Numbered from the stretch's first letter, positions 10,334 through 20,935 are shown. The stretch is 64,000 bases of DNA from Candidatus Aenigmatarchaeota archaeon (GCA_003554845.1 PWHK01000020.1:6895-70894), one strand, 5' to 3'. Program-made: numbers and translations. The notes: generated from the letters alone by a model not told the origin.

Positions 10334-11137
10334 TTACACTCCCGTTGACTCTATAACTGCAGCAATCACAAGGACAACAAACCCTATAAAAAGAAACAGG
10401 AAGGAATCCGTCATTAATTTTGTAGCCGCGGACTTGTCTTCCCATTTTACGATGGACCTGACTTCATGTGAAAGAAAGAATCCCGAAAGCCCTGCAATTA
10501 TGTATGCTGCAATCTCAAGTATTCCATGTGGAAGATAGGAAAGGGCTACAATAGGAACGTCGGCTATGCCCTTCGAAACTTCAGACATGAATATTCCGAG
10601 TATAGATGCATTCCACACAAGTATAAACACCATACCTGCGGTGAGGAAAAAGGAGAGTAGGAAGGTTGCAAAAAAGACAGATATATTGTTTGTTATTATC
10701 TCAGTGAAAAAACCAGGTGAAAAAACCCTCCCTGTAACCACATCAGGCCTTATTGAGCCTATTACTTCATACTGAACACCAAAGGCCTCGGGTATAAACA
10801 CACTTGTAAAACCAAACGCAAGTGTTGCACCAAGGAAAAACATCAGATAAACCTTGAGTTCTGTATTGTGTCTTTCGAGCAGATCAAAATAGCTTTTGAG
10901 ATCCCCCTTCTCTTCGAAGAAGTCTTCCTCGTCTTCGAGATACTTTATGAGCGGGTACGATGCAACTAAAGAAGTCAGGACCACTGCTATAAGACCTGTA
11001 AGACCCACCCCTGCAATCTTGAAGGGTACAAAGTAGTATGCTATAACTATAGAGATAAGACAAAAGACAAAGGAAATTAAAAAACACGAACATAGATGGT
11101 TTTCTCTTTCCTGTTCAATCCAAAGTTTTTCAAGCAT
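10334..11137 (-). CDS. hypothetical integral membrane protein
   Basis: 267 aa with about 6-7 TM helices. Confidence 0.4.
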   Translation of the reverse strand: MLEKLWIEQERENHLCSCFLISFVFCLISIVIAYYFVPFKIAGVGLTGLIAVVLTSLVASYPLIKYLEDEEDFFEEKGDLKSYFDLLERHNTELKVYLMFFLGATLAFGFTSVFIPEAFGVQYEVIGSIRPDVVTGRVFSPGFFTEIITNNISVFFATFLLSFFLTAGMVFILVWNASILGIFMSEVSKGIADVPIVALSYLPHGILEIAAYIIAGLSGFFLSHEVRSIVKWEDKSAATKLMTDSFLFLFIGFVVLVIAAVIESTGV

Positions 11138-11140
11138 TTT

Positions 11141-11395
11141 TTACTCCTCCAGATCTATTTTTTCCTCGACGCCGAGTCTTTTTATTCTTCCGTTTTTTGA
11201 AAGAACCACGCTCAAGGTTGCCCTATCAACTGCGTTTTTCTTCATATTGAAAACTTTGCCACATTCATAACATTCGACATCCGATTCCATATCAATTCCA
11301 TACCATCCCGATTCGGCAACAGGTGTACCGCAACCTGGACAAACTGCCACGGCCATGTCAAAAAAGGTCACAGACTCGGATTCAGACGTAGACAT
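11141..11395 (-). CDS. small zinc-ribbon protein
   Basis: CPGCGTP ... CYECGK, two CxxC pairs. Confidence 0.45.
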   Translation of the reverse strand: MSTSESESVTFFDMAVAVCPGCGTPVAESGWYGIDMESDVECYECGKVFNMKKNAVDRATLSVVLSKNGRIKRLGVEEKIDLEE

Positions 11396-11397
11396 CT

Positions 11398-12006
11398 TTA
11401 TTCCTCCAATACCATGCGTATTTTTCTAACAACTTCTTTTCTCGTGCTCCCGAGAGAACCACTGTTGTCAACGAAGACGTTGTAATATTTTTCATCTGTA
11501 ATATCTATACCGTATTTCTCTCTGTAGGTTTTAATATCTTCGGCGTTTCTTTCAAGCAGTCTCTTCTTTGCGTATTCTGGTTCCGTGTTCTCCCTCTTTG
11601 CAAGTCTGTCGACTGCAACATCTTCAGAGCAACTGACCAAAATTCTGACATCTGATATGTCACATAGAAGGGCTCCTGTAAGTCTTCCCTCCAGAACAGT
11701 TTTTTCCTTTGTGTAGGCAAGGCCTAGAACCTTTCTATCCCACATCAGATCAGGATCTGGACCTACATCTGGATTTCTATGTTTTTCAAAAAACTCAGTA
11801 AGATCGAGATCCATTTCACTGGCCTTTCTTCGGAAAAAGGTACCCGATGAAACCATATCCATCTCAAACTCCTCGGAAACAATTTCGGCCACTGTGGTGC
11901 TTCCAACACCGACGAGACCCGAAACAGTGAATACACTACTAGCCGGCGAACCATGTTCTTCTCTTAATTTGTCTTCGTATTCTTTAAGCCTTCTAACACA
12001 GGTCAT
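11398..12006 (-). CDS. cmk: cytidylate kinase (archaeal type)
   Basis: VSGLVGVGSTTVAEIVSEEF ... VSSGTFFR matches the archaeal CMP kinase lysine-less P-loop and the following VSAGDIFR-like motif. Confidence 0.75.
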   Translation of the reverse strand: MTCVRRLKEYEDKLREEHGSPASSVFTVSGLVGVGSTTVAEIVSEEFEMDMVSSGTFFRRKASEMDLDLTEFFEKHRNPDVGPDPDLMWDRKVLGLAYTKEKTVLEGRLTGALLCDISDVRILVSCSEDVAVDRLAKRENTEPEYAKKRLLERNAEDIKTYREKYGIDITDEKYYNVFVDNSGSLGSTRKEVVRKIRMVLEE

Positions 12007-12112
12007 ATTCTATCTATTTACATTGTCCTTGTCAAGTATAAAAATCAGGCCTTCGGAAAAGTTTTAAATAACTACTCGATGAATATTTTGATACTTTAGG
12101 AGGTAGATTTCA

Positions 12113-12301
12113 TTGATAATTAAGCTCAGAGATCTTGCAAAGTGTAAAAGATGTGGCTCATCAAATACGATTGCTGAAATGGTCGTTCCTTCCAGAAGGT
12201 TTGATGACCTCAGAGGCAGTGACATGGAAGAAACTGTGGAAGTTATGTGCAAGGAATGTGGAAAGATAGATAGAAGAGATCAAAAAATAGAGATAGAGTA
12301 A
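12113..12301 (+). CDS. small zinc-ribbon protein (TTG start, SD-like aggagg upstream)
   Basis: CKRCGSS ... CKECGK. Confidence 0.4.
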   Translation: MIIKLRDLAKCKRCGSSNTIAEMVVPSRRFDDLRGSDMEETVEVMCKECGKIDRRDQKIEIE

Positions 12302-12314
12302 TCACTGTTTACGT

Positions 12315-13571
12315 TTGCTCTTGGGTGTGCAGATGAAAGAGATAGATATCAAAAATCCAAATACAGATATCAGCGAGATTCCTCGGCATCCTAAACACAG
12401 CAACTGGGGTCCCAAGGAATCGGTAATATACAACACCAGAATATCAGGGGATCCAAAGGGACGTTCAGCTTTGGATATATGGAAGGATAAGAAAGGCAGT
12501 GACGGTCTTGAAAAGGAGGAAAATGACTTCCTTATGTTTCTGGCGGAGAGAGGCCATATATCTGCATTTTACAGGGCGAACGTAGGAATTACATACGAGT
12601 TACCAAGACATTCGACCCTTTTCCTGTGCTCCTTTGACCACCCAAAGTACATGCAACAGTCACAAAGATACACAAAGGCAAAGAGTTTCATAAGCTATAC
12701 CGATTCTTCTGAAGTCAAGGATATTTTTTCAAAACAAAGCCAACTTTACAGGGAAATGATACAAAACAAGTCTGTTCCAAAGGAAGACGCAAGATACATT
12801 TTACCATTGGGCACGGCAGCAACACATATACACCAGAATACAAATTTAGCAGGCCTTATGAACATATACCGTGTCATTGGGTCTGAAAACGCACAAATAC
12901 CACAAATAACAGTGGATGCATTCAGAAGTGCGGTGAAAAAACTCGGCGATACAAGCCCTGCCCTCTTCAATGAAGAAATAATGGATGCACTTGTAAAGGC
13001 CGACAAGGGTTATCCTGTTGCCAATATGTTCTCCAAGAAAAATATTTGGGTAGACGAAGTTCTGGAGAATCACGACAAAGAAGATGCCGTATCATCATTT
13101 GAATACAGTGTAAGCGACGAACTAAAGGAGAAGGCAGATGAGTTCAACGACGAAGCACTCAGCTTTCTGAACCTCACTAACAACACAGAAAGGGTAGAAG
13201 GGTATATAACCTCCATGTCTATATCGGCATGGCATCAGTTTATGAGAAACGACACCGTAAAAAATTCCGTTGAATCAGTATACAGTGCCGCCGAAAGAGG
13301 AGAGATGATCTTGCCACCATCTATACGGGGATCCAGATTCGAAGAAGAGTACATCGACCTTTTCAATGAGTCACTTGATCTCTACAGAAAGATTAAAGGA
13401 CAAAACAAAAGAAAGGCTTTAGAAGTATTGCCACATGCACTGGGAATCGGTGTTGCCTTCAGTCTCGATGGTTTCAATACAACAAAGGGTTTCCTGCCCG
13501 ATAGAACACAGGATGCTGCACAGTGGGAAATAAGAAATATCGCCAGGAAAATAGCAGGTAGGAAGACCTAG
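12315..13571 (+). CDS. hypothetical protein with a possible ThyX-like (RH ... SQRY) motif
   Basis: 418 aa. ELPRHSTLFLCSFDHPKYMQQSQRY loosely recalls the flavin-dependent thymidylate synthase signature, but the spacing is atypical. Confidence 0.3.
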   Translation: MLLGVQMKEIDIKNPNTDISEIPRHPKHSNWGPKESVIYNTRISGDPKGRSALDIWKDKKGSDGLEKEENDFLMFLAERGHISAFYRANVGITYELPRHSTLFLCSFDHPKYMQQSQRYTKAKSFISYTDSSEVKDIFSKQSQLYREMIQNKSVPKEDARYILPLGTAATHIHQNTNLAGLMNIYRVIGSENAQIPQITVDAFRSAVKKLGDTSPALFNEEIMDALVKADKGYPVANMFSKKNIWVDEVLENHDKEDAVSSFEYSVSDELKEKADEFNDEALSFLNLTNNTERVEGYITSMSISAWHQFMRNDTVKNSVESVYSAAERGEMILPPSIRGSRFEEEYIDLFNESLDLYRKIKGQNKRKALEVLPHALGIGVAFSLDGFNTTKGFLPDRTQDAAQWEIRNIARKIAGRKT

Positions 13572-14029
13572 TCCAGTAGGAAACTTTCATCCTTGAACTG
13601 ATTGAACTCCTCATCAGGCTCCCTTTCGTTTATTGCACTGGACATATCATCACGAAGGCTACTCAAACTTCTGTAATATTTTCTTATGGCATGATCTTCT
13701 CTGTCTTCATCCTCTTCTATATCCAAAAACCCATCGGGAAGCTCCTCCATCGCTCTTCTGTAGTCAAGTAGATCCTGATCAATTTCTATCTTACCATGTC
13801 CTGTATCCCTTCTTCCCTTGAATGGTATACAACACCTCGAAACTTCAATTCTGTTGCCTCTATCCTTCCTGTACTCGATATTCCAGCCCTCACTTTTTCT
13901 CTGTATTATCAAACCATGCTTTTTTTCAGGATCGGTGACATAGACGCTCTCAAGAAAATTATTGTCGTCACAGGAACTATACTGCTTCTTTATACCTTCT
14001 GTGATGGCATCATCGACGTCCTTCCTCAT
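13568..14029 (-). CDS. hypothetical acidic protein
   Basis: 153 aa ORF. Convergent with the upstream gene. Confidence 0.4.
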   Translation of the reverse strand: MRKDVDDAITEGIKKQYSSCDDNNFLESVYVTDPEKKHGLIIQRKSEGWNIEYRKDRGNRIEVSRCCIPFKGRRDTGHGKIEIDQDLLDYRRAMEELPDGFLDIEEDEDREDHAIRKYYRSLSSLRDDMSSAINEREPDEEFNQFKDESFLLD

Positions 14030-14150
14030 TGATTGGAGATTATATTTAATTTAACCACCTTGTAGTAACAGTTACAAATAAATTATTTATATCTTTACTT
14101 TGTGATCTCTGAACTTTTAATAACTGAAATAAAACTATTAATGGGGTAGT

Positions 14151-15206
14151 ATGGTTGACGGTAGAAAAAGACTGCAGTGGGATTTCGACATAAATCTTGG
14201 TTTCGACCACGCTGCATCCGCCGAGTTTTCTCGAATAAGAAACACATACCATCCCGTAGAAAAAACTTTTCGGCATGCAACAAAAGATGAGAGCTACAGA
14301 GATATAATAAGACGCGCTACCGAGGTCGATCGGAACATAGAAAAAGAACTGGGAAAATCCTACGACCCTGGTAAAAGCTTTTTTGATAAACTGAGTTATA
14401 GAACACATAGATTTTTCAGTGGACTTTTCGATTCATACAGCGACGAAGTATTCTCAATGCTCATGGAAAAGGCACCATACAGAAAGGGTGCTGCGATGAA
14501 TACAGTCTGTGAAAATGCCGTAGAATGCTTCGAAGACAGCCCCGAAGTCTACATAGATATCATAGAAGAAGAATACACAGACTGCAGAAATGTATCCCAT
14601 ATAGCCCTTGGAATTAAAAACGAAGCAGACACAAGGTCTTTGGAGGTTCTACAAGAACCAGAAACCAAAAAGCTCATTGACCGGTACAGAGACCAGACAA
14701 CTCCCTCAGTTCTTGATGTAAGGCTTATTTCATTGGAACCGGAGAGATCGTTTGAAAACATCGGGAAAATCATAGACCTAAACAACGAGATAATAGATAG
14801 GAACTACCGCCCAGACCCAATGCTTGAATCTGTACCTAGGATGACAAACAAGGTATTTGAACTGGAGTTCGACAGTATCCACAAGTTCATTGAAAACACA
14901 AGTTCCATGCAAAAATTTACAGGAAGCCTGGATAGATTCCTTTCGGAAGAAGACGGAAAAAGGGCCGAGGATGCTGTTGAAAATGCAGCAAGACTCACAA
15001 AAGAGGACCTGGATCCCTACGAGAAGAGATCCATTGAGATGGCATCTGTTGCCCTGCCATATCACATGGACAAGGTAACGGAAATGATGCACAACAAATA
15101 CAAGGATTCCACAAGGTATTCAAAAAAGAACAAACTGTCGGAGATGGACTGGAGAGAAACTGTTGAAAAAATAGTCAATGAAAGCGACCACCCAAGGGCC
15201 TTTTAA
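14151..15206 (+). CDS. hypothetical protein
   Basis: 351 aa ORF with balanced composition and no recognizable motif. Confidence 0.45.
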   Translation: MVDGRKRLQWDFDINLGFDHAASAEFSRIRNTYHPVEKTFRHATKDESYRDIIRRATEVDRNIEKELGKSYDPGKSFFDKLSYRTHRFFSGLFDSYSDEVFSMLMEKAPYRKGAAMNTVCENAVECFEDSPEVYIDIIEEEYTDCRNVSHIALGIKNEADTRSLEVLQEPETKKLIDRYRDQTTPSVLDVRLISLEPERSFENIGKIIDLNNEIIDRNYRPDPMLESVPRMTNKVFELEFDSIHKFIENTSSMQKFTGSLDRFLSEEDGKRAEDAVENAARLTKEDLDPYEKRSIEMASVALPYHMDKVTEMMHNKYKDSTRYSKKNKLSEMDWRETVEKIVNESDHPRAF

Positions 15207-15465
15207 ATTGAAGGGTCCAAATGGATTCGAAGTATAAATTTTTTTCGTCCTAAAATCTCAGTATGATAAGAATATCCGACGAAAATAAACTTTTCTACAG
15301 CCGCATAGAAAAGAAATGCAAAGACATGGAAGAAGATCTCGAAAAAATGAAAAAAAAGATTGTATTCCGTGGGACACAAACTCGATAGTCTCGAAATCTA
15401 CTTCGAGGAGTTCGACGGAATTTCCAGAGAGATAAATGAAAAAATGGATTATATTTAGCAAAACT

Positions 15466-15882
15466 TTACATGCTGGATTCGTCGAGCTCTCTATTACATA
15501 GAAGATCTGCTCTGCTTATTATTTCATGGTCACGGTTTCTGTGAACAAAAACAACACCATCGAACTTTTTTGTCAATTCCTTTGTTCTTCTGTAAAGTGG
15601 TTTTATATTTTTGCTTTTAACCCTCCAGTTTCCCTGTAGCTGGTTAACCAAAAGATTGCTGTCTGAATTTACCTGGAGTCTGCCTGCAGTATAGTTTTCA
15701 GCCATTTCCAAAGCGTTTATAACTGCAATATACTCGGCCTGATTGTTGGTCTTATTTCCCAGAAACTCCGATTTTTCCTGGAGTGTGTTTCCTTCGTCGT
15801 TGGTTATAACATAGGCCGCAGAAGCAGGACCTGGATTACCACGTGAGGCTCCGTCTGTATATATCTTCAGATCAAACGACAT
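15466..15882 (-). CDS. rnhA: ribonuclease HI
   Basis: MSFDLKIYTDGASRGNPGPASAAYVI (DxE ... D RNase H fold start). Start taken at the internal Met of the listed ORF. Confidence 0.7.
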   Translation of the reverse strand: MSFDLKIYTDGASRGNPGPASAAYVITNDEGNTLQEKSEFLGNKTNNQAEYIAVINALEMAENYTAGRLQVNSDSNLLVNQLQGNWRVKSKNIKPLYRRTKELTKKFDGVVFVHRNRDHEIISRADLLCNRELDESSM

Positions 15883-16330
15883 GTTCCAAAACACCCCTTG
15901 CAAAATCCCTTGCATCCTTTAAATCATTTTTGTCTGGTCTTCCTCTGTGAACTCCTCCTATAAGTCTGAGGGGTCCATAGATATCATACCCCCGGCAGTT
16001 AAATGATCCCAAAAACTCGAAACCCGCTTCTTTAAGCCTTCTTTCCATATCTCGATTGAAACTATGTACCACAGGAAATGAAGGCATCCCGCTTGTAGAA
16101 ACTATAAAGGCCTTTTTACCATCTCCATTGATACAATCAACCATATCCTGGATTTCTCTATGAAAACCACCGTAGTATATTCCCGATGCAAAACCTATCA
16201 GGTCATACCTGTCTGTATCCTCTACTTCATGGAGTTCCATAGCCTGGCAGCCTATCACACTGCAGATTTCATCAACTATTTTTTTAGTATTGCCTCTGTG
16301 AACAGACTTGTATATAACAACAGAATCCAT
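15872..16330 (-). CDS. flavodoxin-like fold protein
   Basis: VVIYKSVHRGNTKKIV start typical of the flavodoxin/NAD(P)H-FMN reductase family. Confidence 0.55.
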   Translation of the reverse strand: MDSVVIYKSVHRGNTKKIVDEICSVIGCQAMELHEVEDTDRYDLIGFASGIYYGGFHREIQDMVDCINGDGKKAFIVSTSGMPSFPVVHSFNRDMERRLKEAGFEFLGSFNCRGYDIYGPLRLIGGVHRGRPDKNDLKDARDFARGVLEHVV

Positions 16331-16334
16331 ATTA

Positions 16335-17150
16335 TCACAAATTTGAAAGAGATCTTAAAATGGTTTTAGCAGCCAGATGCGCAGTTCTGTTGTTCAACTT
16401 CTTTGAAGTAATCTCACAGACATCCATACCAACGACTTCCCCTTTAAAAACTTCGTCTATAATTTCAAAGACCTCCACAGGAGAAAGGCCGTTTTCCTCG
16501 GGAAAGCCAACATGGGGAGCAAAGCTCGGATCAAAAACGTCCATATCCACCGAAAGATAAAACGGTCCGTCTGCCTTCTTTATCTGTTTTTTTATTCTGT
16601 CTAGGTCATTATAATCCTTTCCGACGTCCTGATCCTCTGTATAGCTTCTGCACCCGACCTGTATGAGTTCTATATCCATATCAAATAAACCAGAAGCCCA
16701 TGTGTTATGGGCAAATCTATTTCCCTGATAGTCTTCGGCCATATCCAGATGGGCATCCATCTGCACTACCGTTCGGGGCTTGAGTTCCTGGACCACGGGA
16801 AGTGTCACAGAATGCTCGCCTCCTATAAAAACAAAAAATAGATCTGAGTTTCTGTCCTGGACATCCTCCAAGGTATCCTTTACTCTTTCTGATGTTCTGT
16901 CGAAGGATCCTGGAACCCAGTCTATATCACCGATATCCGAGATCTTCAGATCCCCGAAGGGATTGCTTTTCTTCTCAGGAATATAGCTTATTCTTGTCTT
17001 GAGGGCTTCTCTAACTGTAACAGGTCCGAAACGCTGGTTGCCCTCTGCAAGGGCCGTGGAATCAAAGGGAATACCCAGAAAGCATACATCGGCCTCATCA
17101 AGAGAATATCCAGTGGTAAACGAACTACGCGTATAAAGCATATCATCCAT
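16335..17150 (-). CDS. speB: agmatinase / arginase-family ureohydrolase
   Basis: GGEHSVT, DAHLD, SVDMDVFDP manganese-binding motifs. Confidence 0.75.
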   Translation of the reverse strand: MDDMLYTRSSFTTGYSLDEADVCFLGIPFDSTALAEGNQRFGPVTVREALKTRISYIPEKKSNPFGDLKISDIGDIDWVPGSFDRTSERVKDTLEDVQDRNSDLFFVFIGGEHSVTLPVVQELKPRTVVQMDAHLDMAEDYQGNRFAHNTWASGLFDMDIELIQVGCRSYTEDQDVGKDYNDLDRIKKQIKKADGPFYLSVDMDVFDPSFAPHVGFPEENGLSPVEVFEIIDEVFKGEVVGMDVCEITSKKLNNRTAHLAAKTILRSLSNL

Positions 17151-17192
17151 TTTATCGTCCAGAAAACTGTTTTAAAGGAAAGTTAATAACCT

Positions 17193-17516
17193 TTACTCTT
17201 CTGCCTTGGATTGAAGATCCATGAGGAATTTTACATACTCCTTGGATTCCTCGATTAGATGTTTTCTATCTTCCTCCATCTCCTTCTGGGAAGAAAAACC
17301 ATCTCCCTGTAAGTTAACAGCAATATCATCGGTCTCTATACTTAATTCGTAGGACTTCTCCTCTTCGTCATGGAACTCTGAAAACTTATCTCCATAAACT
17401 ACACCTCTGACACAGTTACGTATATACTCGCTTCTATTCATATCCAGAGACTCTGCGCTCTGGTCTATATCCTTCTCAAACTTCTCATCGAGACGGAGGC
17501 TTATCTTGTTACCCAT
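17193..17516 (-). CDS. ribbon-helix-helix (CopG-like) putative transcription regulator
   Basis: N-terminal ISLRLDEKFEKDID ... NRSEYIRNCV fits a beta-alpha-alpha RHH pattern. Acidic tail. Confidence 0.45.
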   Translation of the reverse strand: MGNKISLRLDEKFEKDIDQSAESLDMNRSEYIRNCVRGVVYGDKFSEFHDEEEKSYELSIETDDIAVNLQGDGFSSQKEMEEDRKHLIEESKEYVKFLMDLQSKAEE

Positions 17517-17589
17517 ACCATATTAACTAAACACTAAAGCTTAAATGTATTTATGAAATGGTTAAAAATAAAAAGAAGAAGAAAAATTC

Positions 17590-17979
17590 CTACTTTTTCT
17601 CTTTGAGAAGCTTGTCGCCCATGACTTCCCAGTATTCTACTTCATCTCCCTCTTCGAGATCATCACTGTAGTCATCTGGAATAGCCATCTCAAAGGTTTC
17701 GTAGGATCCTAGATCCATAAGTTGCACAGAATTACTGGTAACCGAGATAACCTGGCCGACCTTTTTGTCTATTATCGGTACCTTGATCTTTGCATCCGAG
17801 GGCTTTACTATCTGTCTCTTCTTTCCGTCAACAATTCCCTTTGTTCTTAGCCTTACCTTTGTAGATCCGTGCTTCCCGGCGGAGGATGTTTTTCTCTTCG
17901 TTGCTACACACGGTTCTCCATCGATTACTATGTAGTCGCCTTCCTTTACGTTCTTTATCTGGTCTTGTTTTGTTGGCAT
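17590..17979 (-). CDS. eif5a: translation initiation factor 5A (aIF-5A)
   Basis: SAGKHGSTK hypusination loop. Full-length match to archaeal aIF-5A. Confidence 0.9.
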   Translation of the reverse strand: MPTKQDQIKNVKEGDYIVIDGEPCVATKRKTSSAGKHGSTKVRLRTKGIVDGKKRQIVKPSDAKIKVPIIDKKVGQVISVTSNSVQLMDLGSYETFEMAIPDDYSDDLEEGDEVEYWEVMGDKLLKEKK

Positions 17980-17984
17980 AGTAG

Positions 17985-18185
17985 CTACCTCGTTACAAGC
18001 TCAACATCCTCTTTCTTTACTGTTACCCTTCCTGTATGCTTTGTAGCAGTTACTGCATCCTTTGCAAGATCCTCGGCTATATTCTCAACAACATCCCTGA
18101 GCTCTCTAACAGCCTCGTCGGAAACTCTTTCGGCTCCAGAACTCTTTGCAATCCTTTTTAGCGGTGCTAATGGTAATTCGCTCAT
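17985..18185 (-). CDS. archaeal histone (HMf-like)
   Basis: 66 aa. ELPLAPLKRIAK ... AERVSDEA ... histone-fold consensus. Confidence 0.9.
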   Translation of the reverse strand: MSELPLAPLKRIAKSSGAERVSDEAVRELRDVVENIAEDLAKDAVTATKHTGRVTVKKEDVELVTR

Positions 18186-18252
18186 ATTTTCACCTCTTTG
18201 TATTGTTTTAACAGAAACCCTTAAAAAACTTAGCCTTTGGAGACCACAAAGC

Positions 18253-19419
18253 TCATATAAGCTTCCTTGCTGACTTTATCATCTTGGGTCTCTTCAACAA
18301 AAGCTTTCCCAGCTTAGAGAGATTTCTACCCTGTGAAAAGTCCATTAGATCTTCTCCTTTTAGTTTTTCTGCAAGATAATTGAGATCTCCGTCGTCCAAA
18401 TCCTCCAAGACCTCTCTTAACTTCTCGACTCTTCTGAGGCTCCTACCCCTCTCTTCCCACCATATCTGGTTGTATTTCTGTAGATTTTTATGGCTTGTAT
18501 CTTCCTCGTCTAGTGCCATGGATATAACCTTTGATGCAATTATCCCTCCTCTTATTCCTTCGCGTATACCACCACCGTGTATTGGATTAACCTGATTGGC
18601 TGCATCCCCGACTGCAAGGAAGTTATCGGCGACCATGTCATCAAGTAGACCGCCGACGGGGATCATACCCGAGTTGACCTCGGTGATAGAAGCCTTGTTG
18701 AACCTTCCATTGTTTTCTATAAACCTATCGAGATAGTATTTTGCAGTTTTGTCTATATCACCTGCTATCCCTATACCAACGTTTGCCTTGCTTTCACCCT
18801 TTGGAAATATCCAAACATATCCACGTGGAGCAACTTCGTCTCCAAAGTAAAGTTCGAGCTTTCTGTCGTCCTTTAGATCAAGATTAACCATTTCATACTG
18901 ATACCCTGAATCGACTATATGTAATTTCGAAGGCTTCTTGACTCCTGCCTTTTTCGCTATAGGGGATTCAACCCCCCCGGCGGCGACAACCATCCTGGAC
19001 TCCACCTCTTTTCTCTCACCTTCGATATCAACTACGACTCCCTTGTTTTCCGGTAGTAGATCAACTACTTCTGCCTTTGCACGGATCTCGGCACCGGCCT
19101 TCGCAGCCCTCTCTGCCATCCACTTGTCGAACATTTTTCTTTCAAGTGTCCAGCCTACTGTCTCGCCTGAATCTATCGTAACACCATCTCCATTTGGAGA
19201 GAAGACCAATGCACCATCTATAGGTTGCATCTTACAGTTGTCGGGTACATCAAGATTCAGATTATCCATGGCGTAGGAAGAAATTCCTTCTCCGCATCTC
19301 TTCGGAGCACCTATCTCTTGTCTCTTCTCGTATACAGCTACACTGTAACCCTTTTCTGCAAGCTCATTGGCAACGGAACATCCAGCGGGACCGGCTCCTA
19401 CAACGACAACGTCCTTCAT
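18253..19419 (-). CDS. geranylgeranyl reductase (digeranylgeranylglycerophospholipid reductase family)
   Basis: VVVVGAGPAGCS FAD motif and RCGEGIS motif. Overlaps the downstream ferredoxin start by 4 nt. Confidence 0.85.
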   Translation of the reverse strand: MKDVVVVGAGPAGCSVANELAEKGYSVAVYEKRQEIGAPKRCGEGISSYAMDNLNLDVPDNCKMQPIDGALVFSPNGDGVTIDSGETVGWTLERKMFDKWMAERAAKAGAEIRAKAEVVDLLPENKGVVVDIEGERKEVESRMVVAAGGVESPIAKKAGVKKPSKLHIVDSGYQYEMVNLDLKDDRKLELYFGDEVAPRGYVWIFPKGESKANVGIGIAGDIDKTAKYYLDRFIENNGRFNKASITEVNSGMIPVGGLLDDMVADNFLAVGDAANQVNPIHGGGIREGIRGGIIASKVISMALDEEDTSHKNLQKYNQIWWEERGRSLRRVEKLREVLEDLDDGDLNYLAEKLKGEDLMDFSQGRNLSKLGKLLLKRPKMIKSARKLI

Positions 19420-19598
19420 TCTTTATCACCCACAGTTATAGCACCAACGGGACATATCTTTTCACATTTTCCACAGTTTATACACTTCTCCTCGTCAATT
19501 TTTACACCGTTCTCTGTAAGTTTCAGAGCATCGACAGGACAAACTCCAACACATCCACCACACCTCAAACACTTCCTTCTTTCTATATCCCATGTCAT
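19416..19598 (-). CDS. 4Fe-4S ferredoxin
   Basis: Two CxxCxxCxxxCP clusters in 60 aa. Confidence 0.8.
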   Translation of the reverse strand: MTWDIERRKCLRCGGCVGVCPVDALKLTENGVKIDEEKCINCGKCEKICPVGAITVGDKE

Positions 19599-19630
19599 AA
19601 CAAACAGTACCTCATATGTGTTTTTATCTA

Positions 19631-20935
19631 TTACGGTTCCAATCTATCAGGAGTTCTCGGGAACAAAACAACCTCCTTTATGTTTTCTATACCGAGTATA
19701 CTGGCAACAAACCTATCGAGACCCATACCGAAACCCCCGTGCGGAGGCATACCGTATCTGAAAGCATCGAGGTAGAACTGCATATTGCTTGTATCCATAC
19801 CTTGGTCCTTTATCCTTTTCTCGAGAAGATCCAGGTCGTGTATCCTCTGTCCTCCTGAAGACAGCTCCCAAGATCTGTAGTTCAGATCAAATGTCTGTGA
19901 ATACTTTTTATCACCGGGATCAGGTCTGTAGTAAAACGACTTTGTGTTTGAGGGCCAGCGTTTTATAAAGTAAAAGTCGTGTCCTTGGTTTTCCATTCTC
20001 TCGGAAACCTTTCTCATGGCCTTTATTCCTATATCCTCTCCCCACTCCACTTTTTCTCCTTCCTCTTCAGCTATCTCCAGAGCTTCGTCATAGGTTATCC
20101 TCTTAAGTGGAAGTTCAGGAACTTCTATATCTATACCTAGTTTATCCAACTTGTCTCCTGCTGTCTTAACTACAAACTCAACCATATCACGTACAACCTC
20201 CTCATGTACCTTCATCACATCCTCCTGGTCATCAATAAAAGACATCTCCATGTCCACAGACCAAGACTCTGTGAGGTGTCTAGGAGTTCTACTCTTCTCT
20301 GCACGCCACTGGGGTGTTATCTCGTAAACCCTTTCTGCACCACCGGCCTGCATAAGTTGTTTGTAGAGCTGTGCAGACTGAACCAGGAACGCCTCCCTTT
20401 CGTAATATATTATAGGGAAAACCTCTGCACCACCCTCGGTACCAGAAACTGTTATTTTTGGTGTGTGGATCTCCATAAATCCTCTTTTTTCCAAACAGTT
20501 TCTTGCTCCACGGCATGCAGCATCTCTTATATCAAATATGGCCATCCTGTCCTTCTTCCTGAGATCCATGAACCTGTTATCGAACCTTGTATCGATATTT
20601 GCATCCTGTTTACCCCTCGGATCAAGGGGAAGTGGCTTCTTCGATTTGGATATAACTTCAAATGCATCGGGATGGATCTCTACTCCACCTGGAGCCTGAC
20701 TGTTTTCCACAACCAAACCCTCAACTGAAACAACGGATTCTCTAGGCGTGCTATCAACTACATCGAGAATGCTTTTATCTGTCTCATCATCCTTGACTGT
20801 TATCTGAATTTCACCCTTTCTATCGGAAACCACAAGAAACTTTATGCTACCGAGATCCCTCTTTTCACGTAGCCAGCCCTGAACCTTTACCTTGTCTGAT
20901 CCCCCTCCGACGTCCGAAGTATAAGTTCTATCCAT
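19631..20935 (-). CDS. aspS: aspartyl-tRNA synthetase (archaeal class II, possibly non-discriminating)
   Basis: Class II motifs FRAE-like QWRAEKSRTPRHLTE and GMGLDRF. Size 434 aa. Confidence 0.75.
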   Translation of the reverse strand: MDRTYTSDVGGGSDKVKVQGWLREKRDLGSIKFLVVSDRKGEIQITVKDDETDKSILDVVDSTPRESVVSVEGLVVENSQAPGGVEIHPDAFEVISKSKKPLPLDPRGKQDANIDTRFDNRFMDLRKKDRMAIFDIRDAACRGARNCLEKRGFMEIHTPKITVSGTEGGAEVFPIIYYEREAFLVQSAQLYKQLMQAGGAERVYEITPQWRAEKSRTPRHLTESWSVDMEMSFIDDQEDVMKVHEEVVRDMVEFVVKTAGDKLDKLGIDIEVPELPLKRITYDEALEIAEEEGEKVEWGEDIGIKAMRKVSERMENQGHDFYFIKRWPSNTKSFYYRPDPGDKKYSQTFDLNYRSWELSSGGQRIHDLDLLEKRIKDQGMDTSNMQFYLDAFRYGMPPHGGFGMGLDRFVASILGIENIKEVVLFPRTPDRLEP

